Positions 31,952 to 41,445 of a stretch of DNA of 64,000 nt are shown piece by piece. Made by a program: the position numbers and the translations under genes. How positions within the stretch are numbered: the stretch's first letter is position 1; every line of letters starts with the position of its first letter. The notes under the pieces were generated by a model that saw only the letters and a list, made by a program, of their open reading frames with translations, did no database searches and was not told where the DNA came from. Source of the DNA: a virus; the IMG/VR virus record IMGVR_UViG_3300045988_067909; one strand, given 5' to 3'.

Positions 31952-32467
31952 ATGCCATATAATAATAATATTAAAGGGGTCAGCGATAAGCCGATCCGAT
32001 CAATGTTCGTCAAAGTCGAGGACGAACCAAAAGAGAAAGAGTATATCGATCCACAAGATCGAAAATACACTTTATTTATTTACTTTATTGAGGGTTATGA
32101 CCAAGAGAAGACATTTGAATTCATTACAGGTCAAGATGTAGTACGTGAGTATGTAATTGCAAACGTAGATATCATTGACTTTGAAGAATCTCTTATCTCT
32201 AACTGGTCTATTAAACCTGAAGACCCAGTTAATGGGTTTAGATCATTGAAAGATTTCATCTTATACTTAGAAGATTTAGGTGATGAAGATGGAAACTATA
32301 TTTACAATGATGGATTTAGATTAGGTGACTACTTGGATAGTCTACATGAGATCCAAAATATGAGTGAAACTGAACGACAAAACTATGAAAATGCTGTTCA
32401 TTTATCACAACCTGGGTCTAGACTACTTCAAGCAGTTACATCTTTGAACGAAGGGGAAGAAATCTAA
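31952..32467 (+). CDS. Hypothetical acidic protein (171 aa)
   Basis: Strong SD (AAAGGAGG). Confidence 0.35.
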   Translation: MPYNNNIKGVSDKPIRSMFVKVEDEPKEKEYIDPQDRKYTLFIYFIEGYDQEKTFEFITGQDVVREYVIANVDIIDFEESLISNWSIKPEDPVNGFRSLKDFILYLEDLGDEDGNYIYNDGFRLGDYLDSLHEIQNMSETERQNYENAVHLSQPGSRLLQAVTSLNEGEEI

Positions 32468-32468
32468 T

Positions 32469-33251
32469 ATGTATAATCCTAATATCGAGGTGGACCCAAA
32501 ATATAATATCACTGCTAATAGTGAAGCTTATAAGATGGGTCAAGCAAGAGCTGAAGAGCATATAGCATTCTTCAGACAAAACAATCAACCTATAATGGTT
32601 CCAAGTTTCCCAACTGAACCAACTAGTGAAGCGGAAATATATTTCCGTAGAGGCTATGAGGATAAGTTTAAGGAAGAAACTGGCTTAACTAAACAAATCA
32701 TCACTGGTACTAAACCATTTGATGCTAGGTTAGCTAAGGGTAAGAAAGGTAAGAAGCGTAAGAACTGTATTGACCGTGAAATCAATAATAATAAACAGAA
32801 TAAGAACTTCTTACTATACTATGGTGATAAAGCCATTAAAGAATACACAAGATTAGCTAAGCAAATCATTACTGATTTTACTCATGCTAATATTGATTGT
32901 AATATGTACGTAGAAGTATTTACTAATGAACGCTTTATAGATTCTCTATTACAAGCAGCTCAGTTACAAGCATACTTCTATGGTAGAAACGTACAATATG
33001 CTGAAACATTTAAGCATGTATGTATGGAAAAGGGTGAAGAGTTCAATTACTATGATGATGGGTTCCTGAACTACTATAGAGCTTTAGCACGTATTAACCA
33101 ATTAGTATATACGGCTCTAGTACAATTCAGAGACTATCTCAAGCAAGGAGTGTTCCAACCAGAAATCTTGAATCAAGTCCAAGAAAAGATTTATCAAGAG
33201 CGGTTGGGGTTGCATGCAAGAGACCCTTACGAAAAAATGCGAACTCGATAA
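32469..33251 (+). CDS. Hypothetical protein (260 aa) with a basic KGKKGKKRK patch
   Basis: ORF; no motifs. Confidence 0.35.
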   Translation: MYNPNIEVDPKYNITANSEAYKMGQARAEEHIAFFRQNNQPIMVPSFPTEPTSEAEIYFRRGYEDKFKEETGLTKQIITGTKPFDARLAKGKKGKKRKNCIDREINNNKQNKNFLLYYGDKAIKEYTRLAKQIITDFTHANIDCNMYVEVFTNERFIDSLLQAAQLQAYFYGRNVQYAETFKHVCMEKGEEFNYYDDGFLNYYRALARINQLVYTALVQFRDYLKQGVFQPEILNQVQEKIYQERLGLHARDPYEKMRTR

Positions 33252-33285
33252 TGATTATACTCTATCTACTCATTTCTCTAAGAGA

Positions 33286-33597
33286 ATGAAAGAAAGAGTC
33301 AATATCAAATCGAAGAAGAAACAGAAGACGTTTCTTAAAAGAGCATTTGAACGTGGTGTTACAATGGAGGAGACGAAAGGACATTCTCTATTGTATCACC
33401 ACCTAAAACGGGTTGTTAGGTACAACCCAGGCTGTAAAAGTGCCATCTATAACAGGTATATAATTGTCTCAACTAATGACAATATGGGCGTAACTGTCTT
33501 GACTCTGCCGGATTGGATTCAAGACATTGTCGATCAATTTGTAAAAACTCTTAAGAGAAAAGGAGAATATACTAGTTATGGAAAAAACTGCAGTTAA
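33286..33597 (+). CDS. Hypothetical basic protein (about 103 aa from ATG 33286; the track ORF starts at 33214)
   Basis: Lys-rich N-terminus. The start is uncertain. Confidence 0.25.
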   Translation: MKERVNIKSKKKQKTFLKRAFERGVTMEETKGHSLLYHHLKRVVRYNPGCKSAIYNRYIIVSTNDNMGVTVLTLPDWIQDIVDQFVKTLKRKGEYTSYGKNCS

Positions 33598-35110
33598 ACT
33601 AGTAAGAGATAAGCGAAAAGCTGTCAATAGTAATCATGATACTCCTGTCAGTGGTATGCTTGTCTATGGTGATAATAATCACAAATATAACTTAGGCTTT
33701 GTCCCAACTATTTGGGATGACAATAATGAAGTGCTTATTGTAGCACATCAAAATTCAGATCCATCTACAGATACTTACCGTGAACCATTCCAGCTTACAG
33801 TAGTGCCTTATGAAATGATTCAATATCTTCATATCAATATGGATTTACAAAATGCTCGAGCTATTATGAAAGAGTTTGGTTTTGAAGATAAGATTATTAA
33901 TCTCTTCTTAAATGAACAAGCTCCTACAACTGATATGTATGCATTTGGTGCAGTACGTAAAGGTGAGCTCGATGAAATCTACAAACTCAGAGAGGAACAA
34001 GAACGCCAAGCAGAAGCTGCTCTTATGCGTTTACGTAACGAACAACGTTCTCGTGGTATTGGTGTTCCTACTTATGATTTGAAAAACAATCCAAAAGACG
34101 TTCCAATGGCTGGTCCTCAAACAGCACCTAGTGCTCCAGTAGAGGATACAACTAGTGATAACGTTCCTGTAGTTCAATACAGATTGGATGATCCTCTATA
34201 TGACCCTACAGCAGTACATAGTGTAACTCGTGATATTAACGATTCTTATCCATATCCTACACCACATGTACCTGACTTGAAATACTTAGGGGTTCATGTA
34301 GACGAAACTAATACTGGTACAATCTTACCTGTAGCACCAGCTCCTACTCCAGGACATGTTACTCCACCTGTGAGCCCAACACCTGGTCATGGAACTAGTG
34401 GTACAGCAACTCCTGTATCTCCTACTCCAAGTAGCGGTACAGGTTCTACAGCTACACCAGTAACACCTGGTAGCTCTTCTGGCACAGGTAGCACAGGTAC
34501 AACTCCTGTATCTCCAAGTCCAGCTACCCCTACACATGGTTCAGCAGTAACTCCTGCTACACCAAGCCCTACTACGGGTACAGGTTCTAGTACTACTAGC
34601 CCAGTAACTCCAAGTAGCGGTACTACCCATACACCTTCTCAAGGTGGTCAAAGTGGTAGTACAACACCTGTAGCCCCTGCTATTGGTACAACAGTTCCTG
34701 TTACACCTGGCACAGCTACACCATCTCCAACACCTGGAGCACCTACGACTACACCAATTATAGCTCCTCCAAGTGTTCCAGTAACACCACCAGCTACACC
34801 AGTTAATGGTTTAAGTGCTAATGGTGCTATTGACTTATTTACTAAGCTTAATAAAATTATCAGTGACAAGTTAGCAGGTCACCCTATTGCAGCTACTGCA
34901 TTTGATGCTATTACACCTGAATATACAACTACAGCAAGTGATCAAGTCTCCAAGCACGACTTTAATAGTGCACTGGCAGCTTTGAGCACTACACTTGCTA
35001 ATATTCATGGTGGTGTAGCACCATCTATCACAGTAACTGAAGATGCTAACCCTGTAGACCACACTATTGTGGATAACTTAATTGCTACCGTTAAAACAAT
35101 GGTATCTTAA
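33578..35110 (+). CDS. Protein with a Thr/Pro/Ser/Gly-rich linker of about 170 aa between globular N- and C-terminal domains (510 aa)
   Basis: Linker segment PVAPAPTPGHVTPPVSPTPGHGTSGTATPVSPTPSSGTGSTATPVTPGSSSGTG...PPSVPVTPPATP. The N-terminal domain carries a short coiled coil (LREEQERQAEAALMRLRNEQRSRG). Confidence 0.45.
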   Translation: MEKTAVKLVRDKRKAVNSNHDTPVSGMLVYGDNNHKYNLGFVPTIWDDNNEVLIVAHQNSDPSTDTYREPFQLTVVPYEMIQYLHINMDLQNARAIMKEFGFEDKIINLFLNEQAPTTDMYAFGAVRKGELDEIYKLREEQERQAEAALMRLRNEQRSRGIGVPTYDLKNNPKDVPMAGPQTAPSAPVEDTTSDNVPVVQYRLDDPLYDPTAVHSVTRDINDSYPYPTPHVPDLKYLGVHVDETNTGTILPVAPAPTPGHVTPPVSPTPGHGTSGTATPVSPTPSSGTGSTATPVTPGSSSGTGSTGTTPVSPSPATPTHGSAVTPATPSPTTGTGSSTTSPVTPSSGTTHTPSQGGQSGSTTPVAPAIGTTVPVTPGTATPSPTPGAPTTTPIIAPPSVPVTPPATPVNGLSANGAIDLFTKLNKIISDKLAGHPIAATAFDAITPEYTTTASDQVSKHDFNSALAALSTTLANIHGGVAPSITVTEDANPVDHTIVDNLIATVKTMVS

Positions 35111-35153
35111 TAACTATTATGAAATAATTTAGATTTGTAAATTTTAAAATCTA

Positions 35154-35210
35154 TGAAACAAATCTATAATTATATACTATATCTGTGTATAGGGAAATTC
35201 CCTATACACG
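35154..35210 (+). promoter_or_regulatory. Conserved 27-nt element plus hairpin, copy 1 (candidate phage promoter or leader)
   Basis: TGAAACAAATCTATAATTATATACTAT followed by the hairpin gtgtataggg-aaatt-ccctatacac. A near-identical motif and a hairpin occur at 59621..59681. Confidence 0.35.
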
Positions 35211-35261
35211 GTATGGTACTCATACTTTTATTCTATCTATTTGATTATAGGAGGAAACAAT

Positions 35262-36257
35262 ATGTATAATCAAAACACTGGATTTGCAAATCCAACATTC
35301 AACACTGCTCAAATGCCTGTAGGAAATTACGCACCTGTAACACCTACAGATCCAATGACTCAGGCAGACCGTGAGTTGTTGAAACCTCAACAAAAAGCTT
35401 CTTTCTCTTTGGAAATTCCACCAGAAAAAGAAGCATGGGCAAAATGTCCACACAAAGACCACACTGGCTTCTTAACTGTAGCTGATGGTAAAGGTTGGGT
35501 ACGTTGTACACAATGTGGTGAACGTATTCCTACAACACCTTACAGTGATGAAGAAGTTCAAAATGCAGTGCGCACAATGCGACACATTTGGCAACAAATC
35601 AAATTATTCAGCATTACATTGCCAGCTGAAATCAACACTGAATTTATGATGAGCTTACCAATTGCTGAAAAATCTCTTGATTTGTACCATTTAGCATTCA
35701 AGAACTTTGATGATGTATCTCGTGGTATGAGCCGTGCTCAAAATGTACAACCTCAACAAGCTGTACGTCCAGATGCATTCACATCTTTCGACAATATCTT
35801 GAATGGTAATGTACAACCAGCATATGCTAACCCATGGGGTGCACAAGCTAACCCTAACTTCTACAACATGGCCAATGGTGGATACTACAATGCACAAACT
35901 ATGAATGGTCAAATGCCTGTACAAACAATGCCTCAACAACAATGGCAACAACAAGCACAAGCACCATTCGGTTATAATGCACAACCACCAGTTCAAGGTA
36001 TGCCTAACCAAGGTCAAGGCCAAATGATGAACCAACAACAGCAACAACAAATGATGGGCGGTCAAGCATTTAACCCACAAGCACAAATGCAACAACCACC
36101 TGTATCTCCAGTGCAACAATTACAAAACCAACAAGCAATGGTAGCGAATGCTAACCCATTCAATGCTAATGCTTCCGTAGGTGCAACTGTTCCTGGTCCA
36201 GCTGTAGCAGCTCCACAAAAGGAAACTATTACAACTGACACAATCAGCTTAGGCTAA
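35262..36257 (+). CDS. Gln/Asn-rich low-complexity (prion-like) protein with an N-terminal Cys/His zinc-ribbon-like motif (331 aa from ATG 35262)
   Basis: ATG 35262 is preceded by AGGAGG; the track's TTG at 35241 is less likely. Zinc-ribbon-like CPHKDH...CTQCGE. The C-terminal ~170 aa are Q/N/M/P-rich (QQQWQQQAQAPF...MMNQQQQQQMMGGQAFNPQAQMQQPP). Confidence 0.5.
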   Translation: MYNQNTGFANPTFNTAQMPVGNYAPVTPTDPMTQADRELLKPQQKASFSLEIPPEKEAWAKCPHKDHTGFLTVADGKGWVRCTQCGERIPTTPYSDEEVQNAVRTMRHIWQQIKLFSITLPAEINTEFMMSLPIAEKSLDLYHLAFKNFDDVSRGMSRAQNVQPQQAVRPDAFTSFDNILNGNVQPAYANPWGAQANPNFYNMANGGYYNAQTMNGQMPVQTMPQQQWQQQAQAPFGYNAQPPVQGMPNQGQGQMMNQQQQQQMMGGQAFNPQAQMQQPPVSPVQQLQNQQAMVANANPFNANASVGATVPGPAVAAPQKETITTDTISLG

Positions 36258-36273
36258 TTATAAATAAAGACAA

Positions 36274-36316
36274 CCCCATAGGAGTACATCTCCTATGGGG
36301 AATCTTTTATTTTTAC
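36274..36316 (+). terminator. Intrinsic terminator
   Basis: ccccataggag-tacat-ctcctatgggg followed by aatcttttattttt. Confidence 0.6.
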
Positions 36317-36329
36317 TGAGGTGATAAAA

Positions 36330-37061
36330 ATGGCTAATGATTGTTATCAAAACGTAGCATTCTATTCTCCTGTAAGAGAGGAGATAGAGATACTTAGAGA
36401 TAAATTGATATCTCTATATAATGATAAGAAAATCTGGCTACCATATGTTCTTAAAGACTTAGGACTATGGGAAACAGAAGAAGACTTTGCTAAATTATCT
36501 GATGACTGTGAAGATGGGACTACATTACGTGGTGAAATGGTATGGCCACCAGATGATAATGAAATTTGGTCTACTACTTTACCTGATGGTACTCTTGTAT
36601 GGTATTTCCAAACAGAGTATTGCAATAAGTGGACATATATTACTACAGGGTTTAATATTCTGATAGATAAGATAGTCCCTAATAGTAGTATTAAGTTTGT
36701 CTACTATGCAGAAGAACCTGGCTTTGCTATATATGATACTAATGACAAAGATCATATTATCTTTGATGATACAGTGAATGTAGATTTAGGCTGGAGTAAA
36801 AAAGAAGAAGGTAAAGATAAACCAGAATACTTTAGCATGTGCGATAATATGTATTATCCACAGACTTATAAGGACGTACCTAAGTATTTGAATGACGTCC
36901 TTAGAGACGAATTCAAGATTACAAACGTTAAACCATTTGTGCCATCAATGTTTTGTAAACCTGGTGAATCCATAGAAACAAGCTTTATGGAATATATTGA
37001 AGAAGAGCTTGGGGGTACCATTGAATGGTGCAATATACAGCCTTTCAATTATGTAGACTGA
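36330..37061 (+). CDS. Hypothetical Trp-rich protein (about 244 aa from ATG 36330)
   Basis: GAGGTGATAAAAATG initiation context. No motifs. Confidence 0.35.
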   Translation: MANDCYQNVAFYSPVREEIEILRDKLISLYNDKKIWLPYVLKDLGLWETEEDFAKLSDDCEDGTTLRGEMVWPPDDNEIWSTTLPDGTLVWYFQTEYCNKWTYITTGFNILIDKIVPNSSIKFVYYAEEPGFAIYDTNDKDHIIFDDTVNVDLGWSKKEEGKDKPEYFSMCDNMYYPQTYKDVPKYLNDVLRDEFKITNVKPFVPSMFCKPGESIETSFMEYIEEELGGTIEWCNIQPFNYVD

Positions 37062-37066
37062 CTCAG

Positions 37067-37092
37067 AAAGCCCCAGCAATGGGGCTTTTACA
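37067..37092 (+). terminator. Intrinsic terminator
   Basis: aaagcccca-gcaa-tggggcttt followed by tta...tatttttt. Confidence 0.5.
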
Positions 37093-37140
37093 ATATGTAT
37101 TTTTTAAACAAAGATTAACAGTTAAGTGAGAGGTGATAAA

Positions 37141-39525
37141 ATGGCCAAAATAACAAAAGAGATGCAAGATAATATTGCCAATTATGGTGATGACTTTTTA
37201 ACTCTTACTCCAACTGAAGGCGTACGACAGAATATTGGTACTTACCTAGGTTACTCTGGTAATCGAGGATTTATTAATATGATTAGGGAAATCTTTCAGA
37301 ACTCAGCCGATGAGTTGATGAAGAAAGATTCTCCATGTGATGAAATTTGGGTATACTATGATGAGAGAAATCACGAAGTTACCATACAAGATAACGGTCG
37401 TGGTATTCCATTTGACATTATGGTTACTGCATTTACTAGTCAGAATACGTCAACCAACTATGAAAAGAAACCAGGTGCTTTCTCATCTGGCCGACATGGT
37501 TTAGGTTCTAAAGCTACGAGTGCATGTAGTGAGCATTTTGTAGTTAAATCTTATCGTCTAGGTAAAGGACAAGAGATGTCTTTATACTTAGGTGACCCTG
37601 AAACTGCCAAGGTTAAGTCTATCCCTAATAAGGATAACTACCAAGGTACAATCATTACATTTAACCCTATTCATACTATGCCAACTAAGAAACAAGGTTA
37701 CACTGGTTATCAAGCTGGTAAAGTTATTATGGGTGAAATCACTACAACTTGGCAAGATGTATTAGACTTATTAGAAAGTCTAATACCTTTATTAGATATT
37801 GGTGCTAAAGTAAACTACTTTGGTACTGATGTTAATGGTAAATGCCATAAAGTACGTATTGTGAACGATAAAGGTATTGCTGGTATACTAGACTCCTTAG
37901 CAACTAAACCTATGATTGCTCCAATACATATCTCCAAGCTTAAAGAAGATGGACAGATGAAAGCTGATATCTTATTTACTTTTGATAGTACAAAAGCAGA
38001 TGATATCTTTGCTGGTTATGCAAACTTCTGTCCTACACCTAGCGGAACTCATATTAAGGGTTTCGTTGAAGGGCTTACCAAATTCTTTAGAGACTATATG
38101 AATAAATACTTCCTAGGGAAGAATTCAAAACTAAAGATTACAAATGCTGATATTCTCAGTGGACTATGCTGTGTAAATTCTGTATATCACTTGTATCCAG
38201 AATTTACAGGACAAGCAAAGGAAATCATTTCTAATGAAGACCTAGTCCCTTTTGTTAAAGATATCACGATAGAAGGTTTAGACCAATGGGCTAAGACCTC
38301 TTCGTCGGATCTACAAAAACTTTGTAAATACTTTAAAGAAGTAGCAGAACTTCGTACGAAAAATGAAGCAGGACGTGTCCGCATTCAAGTTAAGAATGCT
38401 TCAGCTATTACTGGTCTTCCAGCTAAGTTTGTAAGACCTAAAGGTAAGAAGCATAACGAACTATTCATCGTGGAAGGCGACTCTGCTGCTGGTAATGCTC
38501 GTAATAGACGTGACAATGATTCCCAAGGCATCTTCCCTATTCGTGGTAAAATCATTAGTGCTTTGGCTAAGAAAAAAGAAGATGTACTTAAGAATGAAGA
38601 AGTTGCATCTATCATTTCTATTATTGGTGCAGGTTATGGTAAAAACTTTGATATTAGTAAGTGTAATTGGGAACGTATAGTAATCTGTACAGATGCTGAC
38701 CCTGATGGTGCACATATCCGTACATTGTTATTATCGTTCTTCTTATTATACATGGAACCATTAGTATTAGATGGTCGTGTATATGCATCTGTACCACCTT
38801 TATATGGCGGTAAGATTGATGGTAGGAACTTTAAGTACTTCACTGACCGTACAGAGTACAATGCATACTTACAGAAACAATTTTCAAAGAACCATAAAGT
38901 AACCTTACCTGGTAAGGTGAACTTTACCAATAATCAATTAATCAAGCTATTGAATTCTACAGAGTTCTATATTGAACGTTTAGAGTCTGCAGCGAATTCG
39001 TTCGCCATCAATCCGTATTTATTGGAAGAAATTTTGTTATATGTGGGTAAAGGACTATCATTCAGTCAATTCAAATCTAAGATTACAAAGAATCATAAGT
39101 ATTTGGAATGTAAGAATGATAAAGGCAACTGGACTATTACTGGTCTTTATGAAGATAACAAGTACCAAACTATATACATCAATGACCGCTTATTAAGCTT
39201 CTTTGAAACAATGCATTATAAATTGGTAACTGATATCATTAGTTCTCAACCTAGCCATTATGTAGTCGATGGAGAGACTATGTCCTTATATGGCTTATTG
39301 AATAAGTTTAAAGAACTAGCACCAAAGAACATCACTCGATTCAAAGGTCTAGGGGAAATGAACGAAGACCAATTATATGATACAGTAATCGGTAAAGATA
39401 AAGAAAGGGTTCTCGAACAATATACAGTGGAAGATATCAAATATGAAATTGCTAAGATTCGTGAAATCGATTCTAGTAAGATGGACCTAATTGCAGGGTT
39501 AGATATCTCCAATTACATTTTCTAG
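37141..39525 (+). CDS. Type IIA DNA topoisomerase, ATPase/TOPRIM subunit (GyrB/ParE-like; phage topo II large subunit)
   Basis: GHKL N-box EIFQNSADE, G1 box QDNGRGIP, TOPRIM IVEGDSAAG, PIRGKIISA and DADPDGAHI, all in GyrB order. Length about 795 aa. Start ATG 37141 after GAGGTGATAAA. Confidence 0.75.
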   Translation: MAKITKEMQDNIANYGDDFLTLTPTEGVRQNIGTYLGYSGNRGFINMIREIFQNSADELMKKDSPCDEIWVYYDERNHEVTIQDNGRGIPFDIMVTAFTSQNTSTNYEKKPGAFSSGRHGLGSKATSACSEHFVVKSYRLGKGQEMSLYLGDPETAKVKSIPNKDNYQGTIITFNPIHTMPTKKQGYTGYQAGKVIMGEITTTWQDVLDLLESLIPLLDIGAKVNYFGTDVNGKCHKVRIVNDKGIAGILDSLATKPMIAPIHISKLKEDGQMKADILFTFDSTKADDIFAGYANFCPTPSGTHIKGFVEGLTKFFRDYMNKYFLGKNSKLKITNADILSGLCCVNSVYHLYPEFTGQAKEIISNEDLVPFVKDITIEGLDQWAKTSSSDLQKLCKYFKEVAELRTKNEAGRVRIQVKNASAITGLPAKFVRPKGKKHNELFIVEGDSAAGNARNRRDNDSQGIFPIRGKIISALAKKKEDVLKNEEVASIISIIGAGYGKNFDISKCNWERIVICTDADPDGAHIRTLLLSFFLLYMEPLVLDGRVYASVPPLYGGKIDGRNFKYFTDRTEYNAYLQKQFSKNHKVTLPGKVNFTNNQLIKLLNSTEFYIERLESAANSFAINPYLLEEILLYVGKGLSFSQFKSKITKNHKYLECKNDKGNWTITGLYEDNKYQTIYINDRLLSFFETMHYKLVTDIISSQPSHYVVDGETMSLYGLLNKFKELAPKNITRFKGLGEMNEDQLYDTVIGKDKERVLEQYTVEDIKYEIAKIREIDSSKMDLIAGLDISNYIF

Positions 39526-39537
39526 GAGAGAACTGCC

Positions 39538-40473
39538 ATGATCATATATTATGCAGATACACAGGATGGGCGGTTAGCTGCCCATCTAATACTTCAGAAC
39601 CCGGAGAAAGTTCTGATTGATGAAGAAAAAAGATTAGACCCTGAATATTGTCTATTAAATGACATTAATGATTCTAAGGATATTAAGCTTCTACCATATA
39701 TATTTAAACCTAATGCTACTGTATTAGATAGAGTCAATGAAGACGAAGCTATTATATGTGTCGGTATTGGGTTTAATATAAATAATGCGGTATCTTTACA
39801 CAGATTCAATGCAGTGGTGAATAAAGCTAGACGAGTGGTATTTATAGATTACTTACCAAAGTCTAAGCTTTTAATAGAGAAGTATAAAGATAACGATAAG
39901 ATAGACTTTCATTACTACGAGTACGAGTGTCTATCTAGTATTGTCTGGTATATCATTATGGGTAAGAATGAAAGCATTCCGCTTATCAATGGTATTAACC
40001 AATACACCCATAAGCCTATTCCTGATATTAAGGCTATCTATCAAAAGATGTATATAGCGACTTTATTTAGTGATCCTCAAGACGTTGTATGGGATAATCT
40101 CATGAACGAAACAGAAGAGGAAGCTAAGTATCGATATAAGACTATTGCATATGCATATGATTATATGAAACAACGATTACAGATTGATATTGACCGTGGA
40201 GTATACTATTCTTATATTGGAGATCTTAAAGTAAGATGTATGAGCGTTCAAGATGCTGAATATATTCCATCGGTCTTATATCATAAATCTTTAGTAACCA
40301 TAAACTGGATATATGATGGTGATAGCTATCTATATAAAGTTTATGCTGATTTTGATGATTTTAATTGTGCGGAATTTGCAGCTAAGTTTAACGGTACTGG
40401 AACGAAACACTATGGTGTGTTCAGATCGGATGACTTATTGCTATATCCACATAATAGATCTCGGAGGAACTGA
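39538..40473 (+). CDS. Hypothetical protein (311 aa) lying between the two topoisomerase subunit genes
   Basis: ORF; no motifs. Confidence 0.35.
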   Translation: MIIYYADTQDGRLAAHLILQNPEKVLIDEEKRLDPEYCLLNDINDSKDIKLLPYIFKPNATVLDRVNEDEAIICVGIGFNINNAVSLHRFNAVVNKARRVVFIDYLPKSKLLIEKYKDNDKIDFHYYEYECLSSIVWYIIMGKNESIPLINGINQYTHKPIPDIKAIYQKMYIATLFSDPQDVVWDNLMNETEEEAKYRYKTIAYAYDYMKQRLQIDIDRGVYYSYIGDLKVRCMSVQDAEYIPSVLYHKSLVTINWIYDGDSYLYKVYADFDDFNCAEFAAKFNGTGTKHYGVFRSDDLLLYPHNRSRRN

Positions 40474-40916
40474 TGGCGAGAAAATTCCACTTAGTGTCCA
40501 CAGCACCTGAGGGCACATTACTACCAAAACGTTCAACTAAGCATTCTGCTGGTTATGACTTCTTCTCTCCTATAGATGCAGAAATCATGCCAGGTGCAAC
40601 TCTTAATATCCGTACAGATATTAAAGTTGAAATGAATGAAGATGAAGTACTATTCATTGCTCCACGTAGCAGTTATGGATACAAATATCAAATGGCGTTA
40701 ACAAATACTTTAGGTATCATCGATGCAGATTTCTATAACAATGAGACCAATGAAGGTAATATCAGTATCAAAATTAAAAACAATGGTACTGAACCTATGT
40801 ATTTGGTCAAAGATGAAGCATTCGCTCAAGGTATCTTTGTTAAGTATTTGACTACAGATGATGATGATGTAACTGAAGTACGTACTGGTGGTATTGGTAG
40901 CACTACTAAGAATTAA
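40473..40916 (+). CDS. dut: dUTP pyrophosphatase (trimeric dUTPase family)
   Basis: Motifs AGYDFFSP, IAPRSSYGYKY and GIIDADF, plus the C-terminal motif V RTGGIGST. Length 147 aa. Confidence 0.65.
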   Translation: MARKFHLVSTAPEGTLLPKRSTKHSAGYDFFSPIDAEIMPGATLNIRTDIKVEMNEDEVLFIAPRSSYGYKYQMALTNTLGIIDADFYNNETNEGNISIKIKNNGTEPMYLVKDEAFAQGIFVKYLTTDDDDVTEVRTGGIGSTTKN

Positions 40917-40932
40917 TTGAAAGGTAAAGACA

Positions 40933-41322
40933 ATGAGAAACAATATTAAACCTAACAAACCTGCAACTAAATTATTTGAACTTACTCTTCCTGTAACTTA
41001 CAGTGGTAAACTATCTAATGAAGTAACTGATTGGTTAGTTAATACTTTAGAAACAGGTGAAATCTTCGATATGGTCGAAGTAAATGTATTTGGTAAACGT
41101 AACGTATTTACTCAAAACAAGGAAGCTCTTGGTTCTGTAATCGTTGGTTCTGTAAAAGAATCTGGTTTCAAAGATAATATGCTAAGTATTACTATTCTAA
41201 CTGGTGAACGTAACTATGAAATCATTAAGAATATGAAACAAGCCGATGCGTTTGTATTCGTACGTCCTAATAACAAAGGTTGTTACAAAATCACTAAGAT
41301 TAATATTAACGAAATCCAATAG
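40933..41322 (+). CDS. Hypothetical protein (129 aa)
   Basis: ORF; a terminator follows. Confidence 0.35.
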   Translation: MRNNIKPNKPATKLFELTLPVTYSGKLSNEVTDWLVNTLETGEIFDMVEVNVFGKRNVFTQNKEALGSVIVGSVKESGFKDNMLSITILTGERNYEIIKNMKQADAFVFVRPNNKGCYKITKININEIQ

Positions 41323-41330
41323 TCTATATA

Positions 41331-41362
41331 AGCCACTATGGTAAATTACAACCATAGTGGCT
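41331..41362 (+). terminator. Terminator-like hairpin
   Basis: agccactatggt-aaattaca-accatagtggct, a 12-bp stem. The U-tract is weak. Confidence 0.4.
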
Positions 41363-41445
41363 TCCTATTCATATCCCAATATGTCAAACTGGGAAACTAA
41401 AAATTTACCAAACGAAAAACATACATATAGACTGGAGGGATATAC

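Noticed and set aside
34325-35062. Three minus-strand ORFs (70, 73 and 63 aa), Cys/Trp/Arg-rich, within the Thr/Pro-rich gene
   Set aside because: They are frame artefacts of the GC-rich ACN/CCN/GGN codon run. There are no start contexts.
40473-40916. Alternative call of dCTP deaminase for this ORF (which would suggest a dU-containing genome)
   Set aside because: The C-terminal motif V (RTGGIGST) and the 147-aa length fit dUTPase rather than Dcd.
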